Of a DNA stretch of 64,000 bases, positions 37,143 to 47,588 are shown piece by piece (positions within the stretch are counted from its first letter, which is position 1; every line of letters starts with the position of its first letter). Position numbers and translations under genes: made by a program. Origin of the DNA: a virus (lineage: Duplodnaviria; Caudoviricetes); IMG/VR virus record IMGVR_UViG_3300037067_015585, positions 128,001 through 192,000 of that record; one strand, given 5' to 3'. The notes beneath the pieces were generated by a model. That model saw nothing but the letters and a program-made list of their open reading frames with translations, was not told the DNA's origin and made no database searches.

Positions 37143-39329
37143 ATGATTGATCTTGAATCTGTTGACGTAGAAGGCTTCGTAAGCTGGGGACCATATAACA
37201 CAACGCTTAAGTTGTCGGGGATGGAACAATGCTTCATTTTAGGTAATGTATCTGATTCAACAAGCGTGGCATATGGGAAATCTAACGGTGCCGGAAAAAG
37301 CTCTCTGATGCAAGCCGTCTTGTGGTGCTTGTCTGGTAAAACGGTATATAACCAAAATCCGGGGGATAAAGTATTAAATTGGTTCTCTGGTGGCAATGCA
37401 AGAGTAAAGCTAAGATTAAAAAATGGCGATGAGCTTACTAGAGTCAGAACACGACAGGGTGATACAGAGCTGTTGTTTAGACGTGGTACTCAAGAAATTA
37501 TCAATTGCACTCTATCGACAACAGGCAATCAACAGCGATTATTAGACAAAGAATTGAAATTCGATTACGGACTATTTTGCGGATCTGTATTCTTTTCTCA
37601 ATATCGACAACCATGGCTTGCAATGCAAGACCAGACAAGGCGACAAGCTTTTGAACGTATAATGGGTATTGATAGATTGTCTATTTATGCCGAGGTCGCA
37701 AAAGCTAGGTATGATAAGGTCATACAAGAGCAAGAAAAACGTAAAGTCAAGGTAGACAGTTTAAACACAAGCATACAGAATTTAACACAACAGCTTGAAT
37801 TAACGCAAAAGTCTTCAATATTATTTGAAAATAGCCGCTCGAGCCGTCACATAGCTAAATTACAATATATCTCTGAATGTGAAGAAAAAATAAGCAAGTT
37901 TATTCAGATAGATATTAAAGCCTTAGCCCAAAAATGGGCGATTGTTACGAAGATAAACGCTAAGATAAGTGAAATAGAGTCTCAAATTTCAGAGGCAGAT
38001 ACGAATATATCGAACGCCGAAAACGCAAGATTAAAAGCAATAATGCATCTGAGGGAGGATGCACAAACAGACCGCAACAAAATATCGAAATCAATAATCG
38101 CAGAACAAAACATCGTTACAAAGACCGGTAATGACGCCGTTAAGACGAAAGAGAGTGAGGTAGAAGCCTATAATAAAAAGATTTTAGCGTTGCGTGGCCA
38201 GATATCAGATCAAAATAGCATTGTCAGTAATCAAAATAATATCATCAAGAAATGGCAATCTAAGTCTGGAAAGATATGTTTAGAATGTGAGCGTGAATTG
38301 CCTGTCGAATACGCTAATAGCAAAATTGATGGACCAAGAAAAACAAAAGAAGACGCCGAAAAAGAAGTCGCTCGATTAAATAATATCGTTATATCATTAG
38401 AAGCAGAAATCAAGAAAATCATTAAACAAATTACTGAATTAAGATCAGGAACATCTGCATCTATTATTGAATTATCAGCAAAGTCAACAAATATGACTGC
38501 TGAAATCGACGCGCAGTTAGAATGTGCAATAGCGACAGCCAACGGAACTGCAAAAAGCATCAAAGATAAAAATCAAGATAAGAAAACACAATTGGAGAAT
38601 CTGGTCATAAGCACAAAAGACAAATTATCTAGTGTAAAACCTGATATGACTGTCAACGAAGCTAACTCTAAGAACGCACAACGTGACACTATTTATGATT
38701 CACTGCGTCGCGCTAAAGAAGATGCCAACAATATATTGATTGAGAAGAATACGCATACTGAATCAATTATCCAACTAGGACAAAGCATCAAAAAGCAAGA
38801 AGATCAAGTAAAAATTGAATCTAAAGACCTTACTACATATGATATTATTTTATCTCATTTGCAGTATATACAAAAAGCATATAGTGATCGAAGAAAAATT
38901 AAGAGCTACCTAATAAGCAAACATCAACCATATTTTAATTCAAGGCTTCATCATTATCTCGACCTATTCGATTTAGACATAAGAGTATCGTTGACCGATT
39001 CATTGGGCATAGACAGTAATCTATGGGGGTATGATTTCCAAAGCGGTGGAGAGCGTGGCAGAACAGACCTGGCATTTATGTTTGCCGTTTTTGACTTGCA
39101 TCAAGGGATTCACGGACCACAAAGCAATATTCTTGTTCTAGATGAACCAGAAAAAGCGTTAGATGAAGCTGGGCGTCAAATGTTAATAAGTGTGATCAAA
39201 GATGACCTAGCAACTAGGTTCGAATCAATCTTTATAATATCACATAGCGATTGTTTTCACGACGTTTTTCCACACCAAATCGCTGTCGAAAGAACTGACA
39301 GATTCTCACATATCACAGACGTCAGATAG
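37143..39329 (+). CDS. SbcC/Rad50/gp46-like ATPase
   Basis: NGAGKSS, FFSQ, coiled coil with CLEC hook, QSGGE, LVLDEP, IISH. Confidence 0.9.
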   Translation: MIDLESVDVEGFVSWGPYNTTLKLSGMEQCFILGNVSDSTSVAYGKSNGAGKSSLMQAVLWCLSGKTVYNQNPGDKVLNWFSGGNARVKLRLKNGDELTRVRTRQGDTELLFRRGTQEIINCTLSTTGNQQRLLDKELKFDYGLFCGSVFFSQYRQPWLAMQDQTRRQAFERIMGIDRLSIYAEVAKARYDKVIQEQEKRKVKVDSLNTSIQNLTQQLELTQKSSILFENSRSSRHIAKLQYISECEEKISKFIQIDIKALAQKWAIVTKINAKISEIESQISEADTNISNAENARLKAIMHLREDAQTDRNKISKSIIAEQNIVTKTGNDAVKTKESEVEAYNKKILALRGQISDQNSIVSNQNNIIKKWQSKSGKICLECERELPVEYANSKIDGPRKTKEDAEKEVARLNNIVISLEAEIKKIIKQITELRSGTSASIIELSAKSTNMTAEIDAQLECAIATANGTAKSIKDKNQDKKTQLENLVISTKDKLSSVKPDMTVNEANSKNAQRDTIYDSLRRAKEDANNILIEKNTHTESIIQLGQSIKKQEDQVKIESKDLTTYDIILSHLQYIQKAYSDRRKIKSYLISKHQPYFNSRLHHYLDLFDLDIRVSLTDSLGIDSNLWGYDFQSGGERGRTDLAFMFAVFDLHQGIHGPQSNILVLDEPEKALDEAGRQMLISVIKDDLATRFESIFIISHSDCFHDVFPHQIAVERTDRFSHITDVR

Positions 39330-39344
39330 CAGGAGCGTTTGAGC

Positions 39345-40523
39345 ATGGGTAACACAGAAGGCCAATCGGCAATTAAAGAAGCCGAGCCACCGAGTTCACA
39401 AAGTAAAACAGACGCTTTTAGAGAACATTACTTTCCAGATACAGATGATAGTGAGTGGAATAGCTGGCATTGGCAATTCTGCAACAGATATGTCACCAAA
39501 GACCAGATATCTGAAGTAATTCAGCTTAGTCAGGACGAGAAAAATGCAATGGATGCATTAAAAAAATCCGGCAGGGTGGCCATAAATATAACACCATATT
39601 ACCTAAGTCTGATATCTCAAACAGACATCAATCAGCCACTACGAAAAACAGTTATTCCAACGATGGCGGAGCTTGATGTTTCTGATAGCGAATATGAGGA
39701 CCCGTTAAACGAAGATGATGACAGCCCTGTACCTGGTATCGTTCACAGATATGACGATAGGGTATTAATGTTGGTATCGAATTCCTGTTCTAGTTATTGC
39801 AGGTATTGTACTCGTTCTAGAATGATTGGAACACCAAAAGCCTGTCCAACGATTACTCAGCATTATATAGATGGTGCTATCGATTACATAAAAAACACCA
39901 ATTGCGTTCGAGATGTTTTGCTGTCTGGTGGGGACCCATTATTGCTACCAGACAGCACATTAGATATCATATTGAAGAGATTACGCGATATACCTCACGT
40001 CGAAATCATCAGAATCGGCACTAAAGTGCCCGTAGTACTACCACAACGCATAACACAGTCATTATGTGATATGCTCGAAAAATATCATCCATTGTTGATG
40101 AGCATTCATTTTACACACCCTGACGAATTAACTAAAGAATGTGTATTGGCATGCTCAAAATTAGCTAAGGCTGGAATTCCACTTGGATCGCAAACAGTGT
40201 TATTATCTGGCGTCAATGACGACATAGAAACAATGAAGTCGCTGATGCACAAATTATTAATCGCAAGAGTTCGGCCATACTATTTATATCAATGCGATCC
40301 TGTTATTGGAACAAAGCACTTTCGGACACCAGTTTCGAAGGGAGTAGAAATTATTGCTGGCTTGCGTGGTCATACGACAGGATATGCTGTACCGACTTTT
40401 GTAATAGATGCTCCTGGTGGAGGAGGAAAAGTCCCATTGCAACAAAATTATGTAGTAGCAAGCGATGAAAGCCAAACAATATTGCGAAATTATGCTGGGC
40501 AAATTTATCACTACCCACGATAA
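39345..40523 (+). CDS. kamA: KamA-family radical SAM enzyme (lysine 2,3-aminomutase-like)
   Basis: HRY, CSSYCRYCTR, LSGGDPL, QTVLLSGVND, PYYLYQCD, DAPGGGGKVP. Confidence 0.85.
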   Translation: MGNTEGQSAIKEAEPPSSQSKTDAFREHYFPDTDDSEWNSWHWQFCNRYVTKDQISEVIQLSQDEKNAMDALKKSGRVAINITPYYLSLISQTDINQPLRKTVIPTMAELDVSDSEYEDPLNEDDDSPVPGIVHRYDDRVLMLVSNSCSSYCRYCTRSRMIGTPKACPTITQHYIDGAIDYIKNTNCVRDVLLSGGDPLLLPDSTLDIILKRLRDIPHVEIIRIGTKVPVVLPQRITQSLCDMLEKYHPLLMSIHFTHPDELTKECVLACSKLAKAGIPLGSQTVLLSGVNDDIETMKSLMHKLLIARVRPYYLYQCDPVIGTKHFRTPVSKGVEIIAGLRGHTTGYAVPTFVIDAPGGGGKVPLQQNYVVASDESQTILRNYAGQIYHYPR

Positions 40524-40539
40524 GTGTCAAAAATAATTT

Positions 40540-41070
40540 ATGGATGCTTTCTCTGACAAACTGCGGACTGCACTAAATAATGATGTAGCTGAAAGGCTTA
40601 TCGTTCGTTATTTTACTAGCAAGGGATTTGATAAGACCAAAATGGATCAGCTGATTTATCCTCCAATTATGCAGGATATGCAGTTCGCCATAACGGAAAT
40701 GTCAGACAAATTAGAAGTCGTCCCACATGTTAGAAATATCGATCCGCTTGGAGACACAGCACGACTTGGGTGGAATCTATTTGTGCTTGGCAATCAACGA
40801 TGCTATCTTGGTGAAACATTCCATATGGGACTGAAGAAACTTACCATGCAATTGCAGCATGGTCAGATTTTATCAGAAGACCAGTCTGCAACAAGACAAA
40901 CAACACCGAGACGAGTAATTAAATTCATCTCTAGGGTATTCCAAGCTCACGAAGACGGTTATATCAACCTGACGCCACGTATTATACCGCTACCATATCA
41001 ACACCCAAGATCATCTGGTCTTGGTATGGCACAGCAATTCTGGAGCAGACCTGGTGGTCCGACGTGGTAA
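40540..41070 (+). CDS. Hypothetical protein
   Basis: 176-aa ORF. Confidence 0.6.
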   Translation: MDAFSDKLRTALNNDVAERLIVRYFTSKGFDKTKMDQLIYPPIMQDMQFAITEMSDKLEVVPHVRNIDPLGDTARLGWNLFVLGNQRCYLGETFHMGLKKLTMQLQHGQILSEDQSATRQTTPRRVIKFISRVFQAHEDGYINLTPRIIPLPYQHPRSSGLGMAQQFWSRPGGPTW

Positions 41071-42420
41071 CTAGCGTGCAATTCCAGCAGACATACCATG
41101 TGCGATCATTTGTAGGCCGATTGTCTGCTCGCACTGCTTGATATCCTTAGACGTACATCCAAGGAATTTCGCCATTCTGTTCTTGTGCGGAATTCCCTGA
41201 TTAACACGTGGTGTATCGGGGAATTGTTTAACAAAATCTTGATAGATTGGCCCTGTCCCAATCAATAACTGAAAAACCGCTTGGCAAGTACCGTCTGGGA
41301 GACAGTCTTGTACGTGGCCTATTATTTCGCGTGCATCCAATGTGCTTGTGTTTTCTTCCAGCATATGCTGATCCTCTAATTGTGAGATAACATCGATCGG
41401 ATCGCCATCATCGTCGCGGCGACCAACGACATTGTTTACAATTTGAACTTCCGAATTTACTGACGCTGTAAATTCAGTGTACGAAGATTGCCCTTGCATA
41501 TTGCGCACTATTATTCGGTTCGAATCAATAACAACTTCACCACCAAGGGACACTAAGTGCTCCTTAATTTCCCAAAAACGTGGATAGAAGTCAGATGGTG
41601 ATATTAGCATTGGATCACAAGTTATAACATAGCAAGAGCAATTCAATGCTAATGAGTCGTTATGTTCTGGGTATCCATTATAAGTATGAAAAGCCTTCAA
41701 ATCAGATAATAGCAGATTGATTGCGTCTGCTGCAGTCTTATCAACGGGGCCAAACAATCCAACTGTATGCTTTTGATGCTTAGTTATTGGGTTTTCTAAT
41801 AATATCTGTCTGAAATAATTCCATATAAATGAGCCAAAGAATTTCTTCAATTGCTCTGGATCATTAAGTATTCTCTCTGGGTCTTCGATTTTCGCCGCAC
41901 CATGAGTCGCTATTATGCAGCTCTTTGTTGTCGGAGGATATTTGCACTCTCTTTGGAGACGCTCGACAACAAGCATGTATTCGTCTTGTGTTAACGGCGC
42001 ATTCTCTGTAAAAGTGCTATCACAAGGATCTGATATTAAGCAGCAATTGCAGACGGGACAGAAGTCAAAACATCTATTGAATTGAGTGACTCGACCGCTT
42101 TGACTTAGGAATGAAGTACTATGGCACAAAGAGCACTCAAAGGTATAATCAGTATGATATAGAAGATGTACCAAACCACGCCAAACCGCTATTTGAAATT
42201 CCTCTTGTGCCGCATTATTACTATCTCTGTAATCTGCGGCGATTGTCGATCCTAATTGGTAGATGAATTCTTGCTTGTGTCCAGCAAGAACCTCATGTTC
42301 TCCAACAGTAATCATTAATTCTTCTATTCTGGCCCGTTCCTCTTTTGTCAGATTTTTCATCGTGACATTGGCAAGCGATCCTCGCAAGAAGACTTCCGAA
42401 AGCTGTCTTACTTTTGGCAT
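41071..42420 (-). CDS. Putative divergent sigma-70-like factor with zinc-ribbon insertion
   Basis: Region 2-like AQEEFQIAVWRGL...IWNYFRQIL; CxxC...CxxC; C-terminal HTH-like NRMAKFLGCTSKDI. Confidence 0.4.
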   Translation of the reverse strand: MPKVRQLSEVFLRGSLANVTMKNLTKEERARIEELMITVGEHEVLAGHKQEFIYQLGSTIAADYRDSNNAAQEEFQIAVWRGLVHLLYHTDYTFECSLCHSTSFLSQSGRVTQFNRCFDFCPVCNCCLISDPCDSTFTENAPLTQDEYMLVVERLQRECKYPPTTKSCIIATHGAAKIEDPERILNDPEQLKKFFGSFIWNYFRQILLENPITKHQKHTVGLFGPVDKTAADAINLLLSDLKAFHTYNGYPEHNDSLALNCSCYVITCDPMLISPSDFYPRFWEIKEHLVSLGGEVVIDSNRIIVRNMQGQSSYTEFTASVNSEVQIVNNVVGRRDDDGDPIDVISQLEDQHMLEENTSTLDAREIIGHVQDCLPDGTCQAVFQLLIGTGPIYQDFVKQFPDTPRVNQGIPHKNRMAKFLGCTSKDIKQCEQTIGLQMIAHGMSAGIAR

Positions 42421-42473
42421 ACAAACATTCCTTCGTGTGTATTAAAAAATCAGAAAATGAAAGGTAATTATTT

Positions 42474-43115
42474 ATGGCGAAATACTGCGACACACAAGTG
42501 CTAGAACGCAATTGGTTTGAATGGCTCGTTTCTAGCAATACTCCAGGCATTGAATCTCTACGTGCAAAAGGTGTGCTGTGGACTCTCATCATAGGAATGA
42601 TACCGAACAGTAAAATACAAGATCCGTGTTTCGAAACGCGACTCCATCGCATCATTCCTGGTAATATCCAATTTTGCACCGTTGGTGATGATGTAAGTTG
42701 GATAATGACAGGCAATTTTAACACAGAGCAAACGAAAGATCAAGGATATTATCTTGAACCTACAACATCCCAGTCTTGGCAAAATATGTTGCAAGACATT
42801 GCGAAGATGTGCAATGGTGTTGCTAGCAAGTTCAACCAGCAATCTGTAGAAGAAACAAACAATCTTGCTAGTGAGGCACTTGTTCAGGTTATAAGCAAGA
42901 TCGCTCGTGGCAAGCTGAAGTACACTCCAGGACGAGCACCTGTGTTCAATTTGTTGACTACAACAATCCATCGTTGTATCTATAGTGTGCTAAGTAAGGA
43001 TGCAAGGCAAAAAAAGAATTTCATCGCCTTTGCTGACAATCTGATCATCGAAGACTGCGATCGCCTGCTCACAAATAGAACAGGTTTGAGGTCTCGTGTC
43101 AATATAGATCATTAA
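42474..43115 (+). CDS. Phage sigma factor region 2-like protein (T4 gp55-like)
   Basis: NLASEALVQVISKI...YTPGRAPVFNLLTTTIHRCIY. Confidence 0.55.
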   Translation: MAKYCDTQVLERNWFEWLVSSNTPGIESLRAKGVLWTLIIGMIPNSKIQDPCFETRLHRIIPGNIQFCTVGDDVSWIMTGNFNTEQTKDQGYYLEPTTSQSWQNMLQDIAKMCNGVASKFNQQSVEETNNLASEALVQVISKIARGKLKYTPGRAPVFNLLTTTIHRCIYSVLSKDARQKKNFIAFADNLIIEDCDRLLTNRTGLRSRVNIDH

Positions 43116-43189
43116 AAGAGCGATATATTGCCACATTCGCCACTGGAAAATATTTTAGATTTATTCCTATCTGGTGGGGATTAGCAACA

Positions 43190-44122
43190 ATGAATGTAAG
43201 TTTAAGAGTTAGACCGATCAATACCGTCAAGCACGAAATAGTTTTACCACGTGCTGCTCGATCTGTCGTTGTCAAACAGCAACGTTCTGTGACGAAGACT
43301 TTACGCGCAGTAATGCGAGCTAAGCCTACAATACAGATGCCGCAGCAGGTATACAAACAACCAGCAGTTACCCCAAAGAAGGGTGGTGTCGCAAGACAAT
43401 CGGTCGGCGTAAAGCCAACCGTCAAAATCATAACACGTGATCCGCCAGAAGCAAGCGTGAAAAAGATACGTGAACTACGTAATTCGTGTGTCGGAAGAAC
43501 ATTAGTTATTATAGGAAACGGCCCTAGCATTTTAGAAATCGATACGGCTTTGTTAGTTGGTAAACCATATATAGATATTATGTCTATAAATAAACCAGAC
43601 ATGAGGGTATGGCCCACAAAATATTGGTTGTTCTGTGATATTTCTCAATTGAAACGCCACCACGATTTATGGGATAATTATAATGGCTGCATCTTCAATT
43701 CTACTATGATTGCTGATTCCAGACCAGGCACTATATTTATAAAGAACAAACCTGGATTTGGATTTAGTTTAGATCTAACAAGCGGTTTTCATATTGGTAG
43801 GTCTAGTGTATATGCAGCAATGCAAGTATCTAATTGGCTTGGTTATGACAAAACCTATATTCTTGGTATCGATATGGGTGCTGTCAAAATAGATGGAAAA
43901 GAAACACTACATTTCTACGGTGTGAATCCAGATTGCCCAGTTGATAACCGAAAAAAGAGGTTCGAAGATGAAGTGAAATATTATGATGATGCAGCACACT
44001 CTTTGCCAGAAGAGATTAGGAAGAAATTCTATTTCTGCAGTTCATATAATAAATTCAGATTTCTAGATAGTTTTCACAGACTAGATCACAAACAAGCTAT
44101 CCAAGAGATTTGTAGTATTTGA
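43190..44122 (+). CDS. DUF115/MAF-like protein with basic N-terminal extension
   Basis: VIIGNGPS, SSVYAAMQ, YILGIDM. Confidence 0.7.
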   Translation: MNVSLRVRPINTVKHEIVLPRAARSVVVKQQRSVTKTLRAVMRAKPTIQMPQQVYKQPAVTPKKGGVARQSVGVKPTVKIITRDPPEASVKKIRELRNSCVGRTLVIIGNGPSILEIDTALLVGKPYIDIMSINKPDMRVWPTKYWLFCDISQLKRHHDLWDNYNGCIFNSTMIADSRPGTIFIKNKPGFGFSLDLTSGFHIGRSSVYAAMQVSNWLGYDKTYILGIDMGAVKIDGKETLHFYGVNPDCPVDNRKKRFEDEVKYYDDAAHSLPEEIRKKFYFCSSYNKFRFLDSFHRLDHKQAIQEICSI

Positions 44123-44146
44123 GCTAAATTGAGGCGTAAATAATTT

Positions 44147-44764
44147 ATGCTGACTCAAGAAATAACTTGTCCATATTGCAATTCAGATTTCACAGCGGCC
44201 GTATGGGTCGATGGCAGTTGCGAGAAATGTGGTGGTAATTATTATTGGTCTATGGAATTCAATAATGATTTAACTGATGGATGGCACGCTATTGAGTGGG
44301 ATAGAAGTAGATCGATTTATATAGCTTCAACATTATCAAACTGGAAACGAGCCAGATCATTTATTGACTACTTTAAATCGTTTGATATACCAATAGCTTT
44401 TGATTGGACAATTTGGGGTGAAGAAATTTTTGCTACAAAAGCACCACGTGATCTAGACCCCGACTCATTGCGTGAGAAGGCTTTATGTGAATATAGTGGT
44501 GTATCAACTGCGTCTTATGTTCTCGTAATTATACCAACAGGATGTGGTACAAACTTTGAATATGGTGTTGCATATCAGAGATTGAAAGATGTTAATGCAC
44601 CCATAATTACTATATTAGATGAGACAGAGCCTACTACACCAATTAGCTTTCATTATCTTCCGGGCGTTCGAAGATTAGATAATGTCAAAATGGTTATATC
44701 AGACATCTTTAAACATTTTGACATTGACAGCAAAGATATAAATGTCGATCAATTAACGTGCTAA
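44147..44764 (+). CDS. Nucleoside 2-deoxyribosyltransferase-like protein with N-terminal zinc ribbon
   Basis: CPYC...CEKC; IYIAS, DWT, GTNFEYGVA. Confidence 0.6.
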   Translation: MLTQEITCPYCNSDFTAAVWVDGSCEKCGGNYYWSMEFNNDLTDGWHAIEWDRSRSIYIASTLSNWKRARSFIDYFKSFDIPIAFDWTIWGEEIFATKAPRDLDPDSLREKALCEYSGVSTASYVLVIIPTGCGTNFEYGVAYQRLKDVNAPIITILDETEPTTPISFHYLPGVRRLDNVKMVISDIFKHFDIDSKDINVDQLTC

Positions 44765-44780
44765 ACACAGTCTAACTACT

Positions 44781-44996
44781 GTGAAAGCAGCCAACGAGGT
44801 GCCTATGTTAGAACAGAACAAAATGCCATCAAAGCCGATAACGCCAGATGGTACAAAAAGCAAAAAGACATTTGCTGGCCCACACGGTGGTGGAACCGCT
44901 TATAATCAGCTTTCAGTTGGCAATAGCTTTGCCGTCCATGATTCGATTCCTGGGCACACCCAGAAGAAAAACGTCGAAATCATAAAGCCAAAATAG
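44781..44996 (+). CDS. Small hypothetical protein
   Basis: ORF followed by a strong hairpin. Confidence 0.45.
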   Translation: MKAANEVPMLEQNKMPSKPITPDGTKSKKTFAGPHGGGTAYNQLSVGNSFAVHDSIPGHTQKKNVEIIKPK

Positions 44997-45018
44997 TGTT
45001 AGAGATAAGACGAGTAAA

Positions 45019-45057
45019 AACAAGAGCCGTCAGGTTCAAAGTCTGACGGCTCTTGTT
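45019..45057. terminator. 15-bp hairpin, probable terminator
   Basis: AACAAGAGCCGTCAG/CTGACGGCTCTTGTT. Confidence 0.75.
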
Positions 45058-45120
45058 GTATAAACTACGAAGATAACGTTATGTATTTAAATAACGTCAT
45101 CTTCAAATAAAGGACATGCG

Positions 45121-45810
45121 ATGCTATACTATATAAGCCAAAAACTTGAATTAGATGTGATGCAGGCCAGCGAATTAAACGAAGCTATGGAAATGGCTCA
45201 CGTTTATAAGATGGGTGCTATTGTTGTTCATCCCGATTTAGTCTCAGACGCAGCAGTACAGCGTGCCAAAAGACAGGCAAAATGTCAAATCTTGACAACT
45301 GTTGATTGGCCGAAAGGAGACAAAACAGGAATAGCTAAGCTTCACAATATGTCCATCCATTCTCTATCATGTGATGGATTTGAAATAGCACTTGGCACAA
45401 AAACACAGGGCGAAACAAAGGCAGAAACGCTAGCTATTACAGAATTTATTAGGAAGCATCTACCACAAGTGCAAGAAATTAGGTTTGTGTTGGGTTGCCT
45501 GTCTAAAGAGCAAACCGATATAAACAATTTATGTTTGGCGATCAAAGAAATACCAGCGCCAAATTTGTTACGCACCGACATTAATTTGCGGTGTGCACAA
45601 GCGAAAGCGAATATTAGCGCACACAATGCATTATTAGATGCGATACATGTATGTATTAATAGACCAATTAAACTATGTGGCAATATTAATTCTGCTAAGA
45701 TAATAGCATCATGCAAGGCGCATAGGTATGGTGTCAGTTTAAAGCAAGCTCAAACTATAATAAAAGAGCTAAGAGAAAATCCAGCAAAAATCGAAAAGAT
45801 TTTCAAATGA
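45121..45810 (+). CDS. Degenerate DeoC-like TIM-barrel protein
   Basis: VVHP, TTVDWPKG, IKLCGNI, RYGVS echo DeoC; LLRT replaces FIKT. Confidence 0.5.
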   Translation: MLYYISQKLELDVMQASELNEAMEMAHVYKMGAIVVHPDLVSDAAVQRAKRQAKCQILTTVDWPKGDKTGIAKLHNMSIHSLSCDGFEIALGTKTQGETKAETLAITEFIRKHLPQVQEIRFVLGCLSKEQTDINNLCLAIKEIPAPNLLRTDINLRCAQAKANISAHNALLDAIHVCINRPIKLCGNINSAKIIASCKAHRYGVSLKQAQTIIKELRENPAKIEKIFK

Positions 45811-46013
45811 ATAGTAGTGCTATCAAAATTGGGATGTTGGTACGCATCTACAATCAAGAGCACATCTGGCACGACGAAATAGGTATTATTCGTGCTATTG
45901 GTAATGGATTTTGCAGGATTGAATTATTAGGTAAGCTTGTGTGGATGCCTAACCATTGGCTATTAGAAATAGAAGAGACTGAGAGTAATAGGTCCAATGA
46001 CGGGGAGAAATAA
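45807..46013 (+). CDS. Small SH3/KOW-like hypothetical protein
   Basis: IGMLVRI...GII. Confidence 0.45.
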   Translation: MNSSAIKIGMLVRIYNQEHIWHDEIGIIRAIGNGFCRIELLGKLVWMPNHWLLEIEETESNRSNDGEK

Positions 46014-46359
46014 AATGATCGAATTCGACATCATTGACGAATTGGGTGATAACGCTGATTTATTAACAAAATCTGATACTTGGCTGTCGATATTGGAATC
46101 AAGACTAGGGCAGAAACTGACCTTTTTGCTGCATGACTTAGAACAGGTCCAGACAGCAATCAAAATTAAACAACGCCTACAACAAAATAATAGAGTCGCA
46201 GTGAAACGCCCTGCTCATAATGGCGCAATGTTAGGCGAAACCATCGAGATTATGTCGCTCCCAAAGGCGGTTAAGGTGGCCAACCAAACTAATTGCAATG
46301 ACCAGATCAATATATGGGCCGCTGATGGTTATGATATTGCAACTGTCCAAATGGTCTAA
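45997..46359 (+). CDS. Hypothetical protein
   Basis: ORF in operon. Confidence 0.5.
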   Translation: MTGRNKMIEFDIIDELGDNADLLTKSDTWLSILESRLGQKLTFLLHDLEQVQTAIKIKQRLQQNNRVAVKRPAHNGAMLGETIEIMSLPKAVKVANQTNCNDQINIWAADGYDIATVQMV

Positions 46360-46436
46360 TCCGTATTGTAAATAATGAATTAATAATTACGGCGGCAGCA
46401 TCGTCGTGCTATAATATTCAACACACAGGAGATAGT

Positions 46437-47588
46437 ATGAGGAGTTTTCAAACAAATGCGACTGGTGGTATGGTCGTCGTCACAACAGATGGTGGGGCTG
46501 GTTCATCTGGCAAGGGATCTCTAAATTCTTGGCTAGCCGACAAACACGGCTTTCACCTGGCCACCAACAATTGGATGACAAATGCCGGACATTACACAGA
46601 GCTTGATGATGGCACTAGGATACTAGTCCAGCACATCCCATCTGCGTTTATTAATCCGAATACGCAACTATACATCAATGCTGGTGCAGCAATTGACTTG
46701 AAAACACTATTTAGCGAGGTCGCTAACCTAGAATCACTAGGATTCACTATTAGAGATAGGCTTACGATACACCCGCTCGCAAATGTGATTACTGAAGAGA
46801 ATAAACAGTATGAAAGAGAGACGATAAAAACTGGCAGTACATTCAAGGGTTGTGGTGCAGCAATAGCAGCCAAGGCTATGCGCCTTGAAAAACAAAGACT
46901 AGCAAGAGATTATGAAGAATTACATACATTCTGTACAATTAAAGATTTAACTATGGAGTTGAATCTTGGTGTTGCCCAAAGGGGAATGCGGGTATTAGTA
47001 GAGGGATCGCAAGGTATCGATCTCGACCTCAATTTTGCAGAATATCCATATTGCACATCACGCCAGACGCATCCGACGCAGCTTGTCGCTGATGCAGGGT
47101 TGCCTTGTCAAGCTGTTACAAATGTTATCATCAATCTGCGAACCAATCCAATTCGTATTAGCAATGAATCAGCGGCTACCGGCGAACAGTGCTATACTGG
47201 GAATTATTGGGAAGCTAAAGAGATCGGCTGGGAAGCCGTAGCAAAACAAGCGGGCTACGACAATTTTGACGAGTTTGTCGAAGAATACAAATACGCAATG
47301 ATGACATCTGTTACTAAGAAGGTCAGACGCATATTTGAATTCCCAGTAGAAAGAGTGAAATATGTCAACGCATTAGCTGGTGGTCTTTTACCTGCCAGCA
47401 ATCTGTTATATAGCCTTAATTTCATAAACTTTGTTGATCGAACTGTGAAGGGTGCTACGACAGTAAGAGAGGTAATGACGCCTAAGGTAAGACAATGGTT
47501 GGCCGATAACATTTTCGATGCAATTGATTATAGACAATTGCAATGGATAAGAACCGGCGCAAAACATAGCCAGATTGTTGAGTTATGA
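46437..47588 (+). CDS. purZ: Adenylosuccinate synthetase paralog with PurZ signatures
   Basis: GSSGKG (Ser for PurA Asp), NAGH, EGSQG, YPYCTSR, SVTKKVRRIF, LNFINF (instead of TKLD). Confidence 0.72.
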   Translation: MRSFQTNATGGMVVVTTDGGAGSSGKGSLNSWLADKHGFHLATNNWMTNAGHYTELDDGTRILVQHIPSAFINPNTQLYINAGAAIDLKTLFSEVANLESLGFTIRDRLTIHPLANVITEENKQYERETIKTGSTFKGCGAAIAAKAMRLEKQRLARDYEELHTFCTIKDLTMELNLGVAQRGMRVLVEGSQGIDLDLNFAEYPYCTSRQTHPTQLVADAGLPCQAVTNVIINLRTNPIRISNESAATGEQCYTGNYWEAKEIGWEAVAKQAGYDNFDEFVEEYKYAMMTSVTKKVRRIFEFPVERVKYVNALAGGLLPASNLLYSLNFINFVDRTVKGATTVREVMTPKVRQWLADNIFDAIDYRQLQWIRTGAKHSQIVEL

